This document shows, in pieces, positions 25,347 through 33,394 of a DNA stretch of 64,000 nucleotides. Below the pieces are notes generated by a model. It had not been told where the DNA came from and ran no database searches. It worked only from the letters and a program-made list of their open reading frames with translations. Within the stretch, counting starts at the first letter, position 1, and every line of letters begins with the position of its first letter. Both the position numbers and the translations under genes were made by a program. The DNA lies in the NCBI GenBank assembly GCA_033764505.1, contig JANRIW010000020.1, positions 33,808 through 97,807 on the forward strand. Direction: 5' to 3'. Origin of the DNA: Gemmatimonadales bacterium (GTDB lineage Bacteria > Gemmatimonadota > Gemmatimonadetes > Gemmatimonadales > GWC2-71-9).

Positions 25347-26587
25347 GTTCGATTGCCCGCCAGCGCTTGGCGAGTCTCCTCCTGATCTGCCTAGTCTCTG
25401 CCTGCGCCACTGCCGAGCCGGATGATGTGGCCATGCTCGGCGGTGGCCCCGCGCCTGCCATCCGCGACTCCGCCGGCGTGCGCATTGTCGAGCACCCGTC
25501 CGATTGGCCCGCGCATGTCCCGCTGTTGGCATTGGCCGACGAGCCGACCACCGAGATCCGCGATTCGGTCACGGTGTTCGACCTGATTCTTCCTGACCCG
25601 GTGTTGCTGTTGGCCGATGGCCGAGTGGCGATCTTCTCGGAGCGATCGGTGGTGATCCATGGTGCCGATGGGCGGGAGATCGAACGGATCGGCCGGCAGG
25701 GCGAGGGACCCGGCGAATTCCGAGGAGGGCGGCTTGTACGAGGACTGGGCGATACGATCCTCGTGCAGGATGGAGGTAATGCGCGGTTGTCGTTCGTGGT
25801 TCCCGGACGCGGTGTGGTCCGTAGCCGGGCGCTCCGCACTTCGACCGCCAAGGATCTATTCGGCCTTCTCGGTCAGTTCGGAAGCGACGCACTCCTGCTG
25901 CAGACGACTGGAACTCCGACGCCGGCCGGTGCGCGTGAGGTGCCGTGGTACGTTGCGCGTGTCGATTCCGGCGTCAACGCCATCACGATCGTCGATACGG
26001 TGCAGGCGCCGCTGATCCTCCAGGGGAACACAACACGGCCGATACGGTCGTATGACTTCACACCGTTGGGCGCCGCTTGGGGACCGGAGCTGCTCACAGT
26101 CGGTAGCCGGGAGAGCGTGATCGAAGTGCGGCGTGCCAGCGGTGCGATGGTGAGCAGCATCCGAATGCACCGACCAGCGATGCTCGTCGATCGGGCGATG
26201 GTGGCAAAGGATGTGGAGGGGAGTCTTCAGTTCTTGCGCGACAATTGGTCGCGCCTTAGCCACCGGGGCGATCCCGAGCCCAATTGGGATGCAATGCGCA
26301 CGCAGATGGCCGCAACCGTCGTGAGCGACACCATCGGGCCATTCCGTACAGTGCTCATGGGCGACGACGGCACGGCGTGGCTCAAGGACGGCGGCTACTA
26401 CTACGCCGACACTGTGTGGGCCTGGACCGGGGTGGCGCAGGATGGGCGATTGGTCGGTCGGCTGACAGGCCGAGGGAAGGACCGGATCATGGCGTTCGGG
26501 GCGGGCAGCGCGCTGACGATGGAAGAGGACGATGATGGGGTGATGGTGATTCGGGTGCACAGGTTGATGCCCGTGGAGAAGCAGTAG
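25340..26587 (+). CDS. lipoprotein of unknown function
   Basis: GTG start overlapping the previous stop. Lipobox LICLVSACA. Repetitive beta-rich sequence. Confidence 0.55.
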   Translation: MLSSIARQRLASLLLICLVSACATAEPDDVAMLGGGPAPAIRDSAGVRIVEHPSDWPAHVPLLALADEPTTEIRDSVTVFDLILPDPVLLLADGRVAIFSERSVVIHGADGREIERIGRQGEGPGEFRGGRLVRGLGDTILVQDGGNARLSFVVPGRGVVRSRALRTSTAKDLFGLLGQFGSDALLLQTTGTPTPAGAREVPWYVARVDSGVNAITIVDTVQAPLILQGNTTRPIRSYDFTPLGAAWGPELLTVGSRESVIEVRRASGAMVSSIRMHRPAMLVDRAMVAKDVEGSLQFLRDNWSRLSHRGDPEPNWDAMRTQMAATVVSDTIGPFRTVLMGDDGTAWLKDGGYYYADTVWAWTGVAQDGRLVGRLTGRGKDRIMAFGAGSALTMEEDDDGVMVIRVHRLMPVEKQ

Positions 26588-26595
26588 CCTTAGAT

Positions 26596-26704
26596 GTCAT
26601 CCTGAGCGTAGCACCCCGAAGGGGTGCGTAGTCGAAGGACCTGCATGATGGCGACTACGCAGGTCCCTCGCTGCGCTCGGGATGACACCGTTCACCGTTC
26701 ACCG
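26596..26704. repeat. variant GTCATCCTGAGCG element (right end GGGATGAC) plus CCGTTCA heptamers
   Basis: GTCATCCTGAGCGTAGCACCCCGAAGGGGTGCGTAGTCGAAGGACC...AGGTCCCTCGCTGCGCTCGGGATGAC. Confidence 0.85.
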
Positions 26705-26709
26705 CCTCG

Positions 26710-29502
26710 CTACCGCACCCGCACCGCCTCGAAGGTGATCCGCGCCCCCCACGACTTGTAGAGCGTGGCGTTGATCCCGCCCCAGGCCCGATAGGTGATG
26801 TCGATCACCCCCGAGGCCGTGGTGGTGGTGAAGGTGACGCTCGCCTGCTTGGTCGTGCCCGGATAGCCGGTGTAGCTGCTGCCACCGCCCCAGCCGAGGC
26901 CGGTGATCTGCCCCGCGTTGGGGACCGCGCCGCTCTCGAGGTAGCTCCCGTTCAGGAGCGGGTCGGCGGCGACCAGGCTCTGCGATCCGATGCTGGCGAC
27001 GCTGAGCATCGGTTGCGGCATCGCCGGGATGGTCGCGAAGTCCGTCTGCGGACTCGGCAGCATCCAGAGGCCGCGCCGCACCAGGCCCGGCGCATCCTGG
27101 GTCGCGAAGACCAGGGCGCCATCGCGTTCCCCGCGCTGGATTTCATTCCAGAACATGGTGTCGCCACGGAAACCGCTGACCAGCGTCGGCCAGCCGGAGG
27201 CGATTTCTCCCGGCGACAGCGGGATCGCCCCGTGTGCCACCGTCACCGAGGTGATCCGCCACACCGGGAAGCCGACGGTCACCACCGCCTTCGCGACGGC
27301 CAGCGTCAATCCCGGCAGCACCGCCGTGTTCGAGCGCTTGAGGGTCGCGGTCACGGTGTAGCTCCCAGAGGTGGCGTAGCTGTGCGTTGCGGTGCTCACG
27401 TTCTGGTTCAGCGTTTTGGCCGTGCCATCGCCCCAGTCCCACTCCATGGCGAAGCCTGCCGCCGGAGGATCCAGCACCGGCGCGCTGAATGATCCCGGCG
27501 CGCCGATGCCGAGCGACTGGGTGGCGGGATCGATCTTGAGAATGCGTCTGAGCAGCGGCGTGTTCAGCGGAATCAGCGGTCGGAAGGCGTTCTGGAGTTG
27601 CCCCACGAGATCGGCGCTGTTCACGGTGGAGAGCACTGCCCCGGAGAGGTTGCCGAGGCCGAGGGCATCAAACATCGCGCTGCCGCCGCAGCCGGTGCCG
27701 ATGACGCTCAACGCACCGCCGGTGCATGGCCCGCGCGTCGTCGCCACCGTCTGCTGCGTCGGCACGCTGTACTGCGGAATGGCGCCGGTGCAGTCCTCAC
27801 AGACCGCGCGGATCTTGGCGGTCGAGTCGCGGATCACGAGCGGGGCGTCGTCGGGCGCCCACGCCGCGCCCGTCGTGCCCTGCACTTCGAGCGTGACCTT
27901 CGGGAAGCCGGCCAGCGCCGCCATCTGGTTGTTCAGCGTCTGCCGCAGGTTGCCGACGGAGCTGAGGGCATTCGTGATCATCGCCGGCACGTCGGCATAC
28001 AGCTCCAGCGGAAACAGGAAGCTCCCTCCGACCGGCAGCACCGCTTCGGCGGGAAGCGACTGTCCATCCGCCGTCTGCTTGAACGCGCGCGAGAGGAAGC
28101 CACTCGAGCCGAGCGTCAATTGGCCCGCCGACGATGGCTCGGCTGGGGCCGTGAACCAGAGCGTTGTCGGCGTGAGCCGCACGAGCGAGGCGAACATCCC
28201 GCGACCGACGCGTCCGGTGGGGACATCCGACAACCGTTCGGAGAAGAGCATCAGCTGCGGCAGCCGCGAGGTGAGCAGCATCCCGCGGAGGTTGAGCGAG
28301 GTGAGCTCGTCGCGGCTGAGCGGTGACAGCGAGGCGTAGAGTGCGGCGAGGTCGGAGAGGACGCCACTGACGGCGGCGCTGCCGGAGAAGTGGCGCTTCG
28401 CCATGATGACCAGGCCGGCGAGCGCGGCGGTATCGGCGAGCGTGCCGAGGGTGGGGACGGTCTTGATGGTGGAGGCGAAGGGAAGATTCTGGATCTTGCC
28501 AAGGATCCCCATCACGGGGATCGCGGGGCCGTGTCCTTGCGGGAAGGCGTACGAGCCGACCTCGGGCGCCGGCCAGAGATTGCTGAACGCCGCATCGAGC
28601 TCAGCGGGGGAAAGGCCGAGAGACTGGAGCGTGGCATGCACCGGGAAGCCGTAGCCCTCGATGCCGACCAGGGAGGCGCCGTCACGGAGTGATCCCGGCG
28701 CTGCCGGCCCGGCGATCAGCGAGGCGTTGAAGTGCGCCGCCGCGACGGTGATGCTCGATGCATCGCTCGCGATGATGGGGACCATCTCCATCCGGTTGCG
28801 CACCGGGTCGAGCATGACAAAGAGCGGGGTGGTGCCAGCGACGCGGGTGACGGGAATGCGGAGCGTCATGAGTCGGTCGGCGCGGCGCTGGGTGGTCTGG
28901 ATCAGGAGTGGCGGCCCCGCCACGGTGAAGCCGGCCGGGAGCGCGGGCGTAGGGGCATTGGTGGCGAGGGTGATGTTCCACGTCCCGGCGGTCGCGAAGG
29001 CGCCGCTCGGCACGGTGAGCCGGAGCCCCTGGTAGGCATGGCCCGCGGTGGTGATCTCGAGGGTGCCGCCACCGGCGCCGATGTTCTGGCCGGGGATGCT
29101 CCCGGCTCCGGGGACGGCGGTTGCCGCGATGCGAAGCGGCGGGAGGGTGCCGACCGTGGCGACGAGGACATTGCGCCCTTCGGCGCTGCCCAGGGTCCAG
29201 GTGCCGGGGGAGGCGGTGCCGGTGCTGGAGGTGGTGGCGCTGGTCCGGGTGATGGTGCCGCCGCCGGAGTCGACGCGGAAGGTGACGGTCACCCCGGCGA
29301 CTGCGGCCCCCGAGGCGTCGGTGACCTTCACCGCGACCTGAGTAGGCACGGCGGTGGCGGGGGCGGCCTGCTGGGCGTCGCCGCTCGCGACGGCGATCGC
29401 CGCCGGGGCCCCGCCACTCTGCGCCGGCCCGCTCGGCTCCGCGCCGCCGCAGGCCGCGCCGAGCAGGGTGAGGGTGGTGAGCGCCAGGGACGGGTACCGC
29501 AT
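26710..29502 (-). CDS. large surface lipoprotein with Ig-like and PKD domains
   Basis: 930 aa. Lipobox LLGAACGG. Ig-like segment AIAVASGDAQQA...VTVTFRVDSGGG. PKD signature WDWGDGTAKTL...HSYATSGSYTVTATL. Confidence 0.8.
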   Translation of the reverse strand: MRYPSLALTTLTLLGAACGGAEPSGPAQSGGAPAAIAVASGDAQQAAPATAVPTQVAVKVTDASGAAVAGVTVTFRVDSGGGTITRTSATTSSTGTASPGTWTLGSAEGRNVLVATVGTLPPLRIAATAVPGAGSIPGQNIGAGGGTLEITTAGHAYQGLRLTVPSGAFATAGTWNITLATNAPTPALPAGFTVAGPPLLIQTTQRRADRLMTLRIPVTRVAGTTPLFVMLDPVRNRMEMVPIIASDASSITVAAAHFNASLIAGPAAPGSLRDGASLVGIEGYGFPVHATLQSLGLSPAELDAAFSNLWPAPEVGSYAFPQGHGPAIPVMGILGKIQNLPFASTIKTVPTLGTLADTAALAGLVIMAKRHFSGSAAVSGVLSDLAALYASLSPLSRDELTSLNLRGMLLTSRLPQLMLFSERLSDVPTGRVGRGMFASLVRLTPTTLWFTAPAEPSSAGQLTLGSSGFLSRAFKQTADGQSLPAEAVLPVGGSFLFPLELYADVPAMITNALSSVGNLRQTLNNQMAALAGFPKVTLEVQGTTGAAWAPDDAPLVIRDSTAKIRAVCEDCTGAIPQYSVPTQQTVATTRGPCTGGALSVIGTGCGGSAMFDALGLGNLSGAVLSTVNSADLVGQLQNAFRPLIPLNTPLLRRILKIDPATQSLGIGAPGSFSAPVLDPPAAGFAMEWDWGDGTAKTLNQNVSTATHSYATSGSYTVTATLKRSNTAVLPGLTLAVAKAVVTVGFPVWRITSVTVAHGAIPLSPGEIASGWPTLVSGFRGDTMFWNEIQRGERDGALVFATQDAPGLVRRGLWMLPSPQTDFATIPAMPQPMLSVASIGSQSLVAADPLLNGSYLESGAVPNAGQITGLGWGGGSSYTGYPGTTKQASVTFTTTTASGVIDITYRAWGGINATLYKSWGARITFEAVRVR

Positions 29503-29635
29503 GTTCGCCTCGGAGGTGGGGTCTGAGGGACATGCGTGAGTGGGGGGAGATTCGGCTCATGGGGTGGCGGGGGGGAGTGTCACACCCCCGAGCGATGATG
29601 GTGGGACAGCCATTCCCTCTATCATCGGAGCTCTC

Positions 29636-30172
29636 ATGTTCAAGCAGTTCGGAATCGCCGGCCTGGCCCTCGCGGCCGCCATGGTGTGCCCATCCTCCGC
29701 CAGCGCGCAGAACCCGCAGACCCGCTCGGGCCTCTGGGGCAATGTCGGCTTCGGCGTCGGCAGTTACGGCTGCGAGGGATGCGGCGACCGCGAGTCGGGT
29801 GGCGCGGGGACGTTCGCCCTCGGCGGGACGCTGAGCCGCAAGGTGCTCCTCGGCGCGGGCGTGAATGTCTGGACCAAGGAGATCAACGGCGTGGACGTGA
29901 CCGCCGGCACGGTGACGGCGATGATCCGCTTCTACCCGTCGGCCACCGGCGGCTTCTTCCTGGTGGGCGGGCTCGGGTACGGCACGGAGCAGATCTCCTC
30001 GGGCAACACGTCGCTTTCGGAGTCGGGCGCTGGTGCGGTCCTCGGGCTTGGCATGGACATCCGCGTGGGCAAGAAGCTCTCGCTGACGCCGTTCTGGAAT
30101 GGCAACGGGATCAGCCTGGACAGCGGCAACAGCAGCTTCGGTCAGCTCGGCATCAGCCTGACGGTGCACTGA
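29636..30172 (+). CDS. outer-membrane beta-barrel protein
   Basis: Signal peptide MFKQFGIAGLALAAAMVCPSSASAQ. Gly/aromatic beta-strand pattern. Confidence 0.6.
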   Translation: MFKQFGIAGLALAAAMVCPSSASAQNPQTRSGLWGNVGFGVGSYGCEGCGDRESGGAGTFALGGTLSRKVLLGAGVNVWTKEINGVDVTAGTVTAMIRFYPSATGGFFLVGGLGYGTEQISSGNTSLSESGAGAVLGLGMDIRVGKKLSLTPFWNGNGISLDSGNSSFGQLGISLTVH

Positions 30173-30174
30173 CC

Positions 30175-30660
30175 ATGACCGCCACACGATTCTTCCGACA
30201 GCTGGCCGCGGCCGCCGTGTTGCTGACCACCGCCTGCGGTGGTGGCAGCCCGACCGGCTCCGATGGCCCGACCTACGCGGCGATCGCCGACACCTATGTC
30301 GGCACCATCGGCGGCGTCTCGCAGGGGTACCTCGCCGATCTGGACTTCACGCTCACCATCGCGCAGTCGGGCGGGAGCCTCTCGGGCACCTACGCCCTCG
30401 ACGGGACGCTCTTCGATGGGGTGGACACGTACGCGGTGGCGGGCACCGGGACGATTACCGGGAGCATTCAGTCCGGCAACAATCCGTCGGTCAACCTGAC
30501 GATCCGCACCTCGGCCTGCCCGAACTACACGGCGCAGTTCTCGGGGACGTATGACACGGCCAACCAGCGGCTCACCATCATCGGGCCGATGGAGTTCTTC
30601 AACGAGGGGACGTGCACGGTGGGGTTGAGCATTCCGACGACGTTGGTGATGACGAGGTAA
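30175..30660 (+). CDS. lipoprotein, paralogue of 13539..14000
   Basis: Lipobox LLTTACGG. Blocks IADTYVG and QSGGSLSGTY are shared with the 13539 protein. Confidence 0.6.
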   Translation: MTATRFFRQLAAAAVLLTTACGGGSPTGSDGPTYAAIADTYVGTIGGVSQGYLADLDFTLTIAQSGGSLSGTYALDGTLFDGVDTYAVAGTGTITGSIQSGNNPSVNLTIRTSACPNYTAQFSGTYDTANQRLTIIGPMEFFNEGTCTVGLSIPTTLVMTR

Positions 30661-30734
30661 GGGGTACAGCCCGAACAGGTGCCGAACACGCCACCCCGCC
30701 CGTTTGCCCCCGGGTGGGGTTATCGTCCAAAGGA

Positions 30735-30855
30735 GTGACCCGGAACCGGCGACCAGTAATCAGTAACAGCGATTGGAGCATGAGCCCTGGCCACGGGTCA
30801 CTGGTCACAGGTTACTCGCTCTCACGTCTCACTTCTCACGACTCTCGACGCTCGG
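30735..30855. repeat. heptamer-armed hairpin that runs into the deaminase pseudogene
   Basis: Left arm GCGACCA GTAATCA GTAACAG. Right arm TCACTGG TCACAGG TTACTCG CTCTCAC GTCTCAC TTCTCAC GACTCTC. Confidence 0.8.
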
Positions 30856-31190
30856 TGCCGTCGCAGGTGGCATCCCGATCGGTTCGGTCCTGGTGATTGA
30901 TGGCCGGATTGTGGGCCGAGGGCACAACCAGCGGGTGCAGTAAAGCCGCCGCAACGGACGAGCGACGTGAGTTTCCAAGTACCGGGTTGGTTTGCCGTTC
31001 GCTGTTCGCCTTTCGCTGTTCGCTGTTCGCTGTTCGCTGGCCGTTGCACTCGACGCTGTCGCCGTGCGACATGTGCAGTGGGGCGGCGCTGATGTACGGG
31101 ATCCCGAAGATCGTGGTGGGGGAGAACCGGACGTTTCAGGAACCCGAGGCGTACGTGCGGTCGCGTGGCGTGGAGGTCTTGGTGGTGTGA
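30851..31190 (+). pseudogene. decayed cytosine/nucleoside deaminase (yeast FCY1-type CMP/dCMP-deaminase fold)
   Basis: The N-fragment GGIPIGSVLVIDGRIVGRGHNQRVQ ends in TAA at 30941. The C-fragment, in another frame, reads TLSPCDMCSGAALMYGIPKIVVGENRTFQEPEAYVRSRGVEVLVV. There is no start codon. The HxE zinc-ligand segment is replaced by sequence containing a GCTGTTC heptamer array (30994..31042). Confidence 0.65.
30994..31042. repeat. heptamer array inside the pseudogene
   Basis: GCCGTTC, GCTGTTC, GCCTTTC, GCTGTTC x3, GCTGGCC. Confidence 0.9.
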
Positions 31191-31504
31191 CCGACGCTGA
31201 GCCACCTCATCGCGACCGCAGCCCCCTCGCATGGTGATGATTCTTCTGGTATAGCGGATCGCGGCCCAGATGGCGGGGGTGGAGCGGTTGGTGCTGCACT
31301 TGATGGATGAGGCAGGGGTGGGGACAGCGGAGTTCGCGATATCGCGGGCGTGGGAGTTGGTGGCGGAGGGTGAGGTGGGTTTGCGGTGGTGAGTGGGGAA
31401 TGGGATGTGAAGGAACGCAGGCCTCGGCGGTCGGGTTGTCCGTCAAGCGAGTTCCAGAACCGGACGCCGCGGTTGAATGTGCAGGTGGGCAACCTCGAGG
31501 AGCT

Positions 31505-32194
31505 ATGCGCGAATTCGAATGGGAGGCCGTCCAGGCCAGCATTAATCGTCAGATAGGCCGCCTTGTCCACGCACAGAGAACCCTTGCCTCCATCCATGAG
31601 TCGTTGGACAGCCGTCGACGTTCTCCCCTTGAGGAAGACTACATCGAACGCAGCCTGACGGGAGGACCAGTAGTCGGGCCTCATGTCCGAGACTTCGATG
31701 GCGTCAAAGTCACAACATGGCGGCTCCACCGCCGAGGGAAAGGAGCGAGGGATATAAGGGGTGCCGACATCCTGTATGAGATCGTAGGGAAGAAATTCGT
31801 CCTCATCCAGAACAAAATTCCAAGTAATGCCCGGGTGCTTGGGGATGCGGCGCAACTTCGTGAACTGCGAAGCTCTTGTCCGCAACCTTGCCCGCCGACG
31901 CCGAAGACGTTCGTTGGCTGTTCAAGCTGGCATTGCCTCAATGAACCGACTGGTGGAAGCCGTTATCATCAGGCTTGCCAGGCAGAGGCACTATTCGGAA
32001 AGGCAAAGTCAAGGCAGGTCCTGAGCTTTCAAGGTGGCTTGGGGGAAGCTGCATTCGAAAGCATGTTCGCCGAGTGCAGAATCGGGGCTAGTGTCGAACC
32101 CACGCCCGTGTTGTTATGGGCAGCCCAGTCAATTGCGCAGGGAAATGCCGTCTTCTTTGTGATCCAAGAGGGGGAATGGCGGCCCTTGACCTAG
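31505..32194 (+). CDS. hypothetical protein, possible PD-(D/E)xK-like nuclease
   Basis: 229 aa with GADILYEIVGKKFVLIQNK (D...QxK). An equally long antisense ORF (31136..31885) makes the strand choice uncertain. Confidence 0.4.
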   Translation: MREFEWEAVQASINRQIGRLVHAQRTLASIHESLDSRRRSPLEEDYIERSLTGGPVVGPHVRDFDGVKVTTWRLHRRGKGARDIRGADILYEIVGKKFVLIQNKIPSNARVLGDAAQLRELRSSCPQPCPPTPKTFVGCSSWHCLNEPTGGSRYHQACQAEALFGKAKSRQVLSFQGGLGEAAFESMFAECRIGASVEPTPVLLWAAQSIAQGNAVFFVIQEGEWRPLT

Positions 32195-32322
32195 CAATCG
32201 TTTGAGTTGGCGTTTGGATCTCACCCCTCGGCCGCGCGCTGTAGTCTTCCGGAGGAACGAAGGGGCCGCGGCGCGCCCCGTCACAGACACCTAGGACCTC
32301 AGGCCAACAAAGAGAAAGCCAA

Positions 32323-33168
32323 ATGAAATACTGGCTGGTGAAGGGCAGCCCCAAGAGATATGATCTCGACGAAGCGGTCCAGCTGGGATTAGTAGAGACT
32401 TGGGAGACGAGGAAACCACCCCGGGATTGGCGAGTAGGTGACCGCCTGTTCTTCTGGTCATCTGCACCGCGATTGCACCTCGTTGCCATCGGGAGCCTGT
32501 GTGGCGTTGTGGGAAAGCCGACGCGTGATGGACAGACGCTCTATTCTGTGGAATACCTCACAGATCCGCTGCCGAACCGGGTTGGCCAAGACCGGCTGCG
32601 AGCTGATCCCATCTGCGCCGGAGCAACCTTTCTGAAGCCTGCGGTTGCTCAGGGTGTGCTTGAAGTTAGCACGTCAGAAGCACATCAGATGTACCGCTTG
32701 TTGCGCGCGGCGAACCTAGGCATGGCCGATCGTTGGCCCGACATCCCCCAGGTGGACAATACGGCTAAGGTTGAAGCTCAAACACTTGCAAGTGCGCCAG
32801 TTTCAAGCACCCAGCCAGTGCCCTCCAATTGGTCTTTCGATCAGCTCGCCGATCTGGAAGCAGAGCGGACTTTCGCAGTACGTCGAGAGCAGCAGATGAT
32901 CCGGCAGCTCTTGCTCAATGGGCAGAGCACGGGCGGCTGTTGCATCTGTGGAGAATCCTTGCCGGCCGAGCTACTCATCGCGGCACACATCAAACCACGT
33001 CGACTTTGCACCGACGCAGAGAAACGCGATGCCCGTCACAACACAGCACTTATGTGCACACTCGGATGCGACGCGCTATTCGAGAGAGGCTTCATTGGTG
33101 TCAAGGAGGGCAGGGTCTGTACGGGTCCGGTTGCGTCGCCGGTAGTAGCGGTCCAACGATCGGTCTGA
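32323..33168 (+). CDS. EVE (PUA-like modified-base reader) domain fused to an HNH endonuclease
   Basis: N-terminus MKYWLVKGSPKRYDL...GDRLFFWSS is typical of EVE. C-terminus CCICGESLPAELLIAAHIKPRRL...HNTALMCTLGCDALFERGFIGV is typical of HNH_2. Confidence 0.8.
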   Translation: MKYWLVKGSPKRYDLDEAVQLGLVETWETRKPPRDWRVGDRLFFWSSAPRLHLVAIGSLCGVVGKPTRDGQTLYSVEYLTDPLPNRVGQDRLRADPICAGATFLKPAVAQGVLEVSTSEAHQMYRLLRAANLGMADRWPDIPQVDNTAKVEAQTLASAPVSSTQPVPSNWSFDQLADLEAERTFAVRREQQMIRQLLLNGQSTGGCCICGESLPAELLIAAHIKPRRLCTDAEKRDARHNTALMCTLGCDALFERGFIGVKEGRVCTGPVASPVVAVQRSV

Positions 33169-33394
33169 CGCCTGATTGGGAGAGATTGTTCGGCGTACTC
33201 GAAGGCGAGTACAAAGTATTTCCGATACCGACAGACACATTCGACAGTGTAGTAGCAAAAGTAGCGTTTGTTGCGCCCGGGATCTAACGCTTCGGCCCAT
33301 GCCTTGGTATCGGCAGGTCTTGCCGCAGAGCCGGACCACGCAGAATACTCACGCTCTCAATTCACCCATCCACTTTCACAACACTGAGGGTCCG

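Noticed and set aside
31261-31420. G-rich left flank and C-rich right flank (43671..43900) considered as terminal inverted repeats or att sites of the island
   Set aside because: I could see only compositional mirror symmetry (CACCC/GGGTG-rich) and no alignable repeat by eye. This needs a computational check before any claim.
31136-31885. 249-aa minus-strand ORF at the left end of the island
   Set aside because: It needs a TTG start without a ribosome-binding site, ends in a Pro-rich low-complexity tail and overlaps the deaminase remnant. The plus-strand ORF is preferred, but only weakly (see the finding).
33176-33394. N-terminal extension of the GHKL ORF (685-aa version)
   Set aside because: The extension has poor composition and no ribosome-binding site. 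ATG 33395 has GAGGG upstream and places the N-box at the usual distance from the N-terminus.
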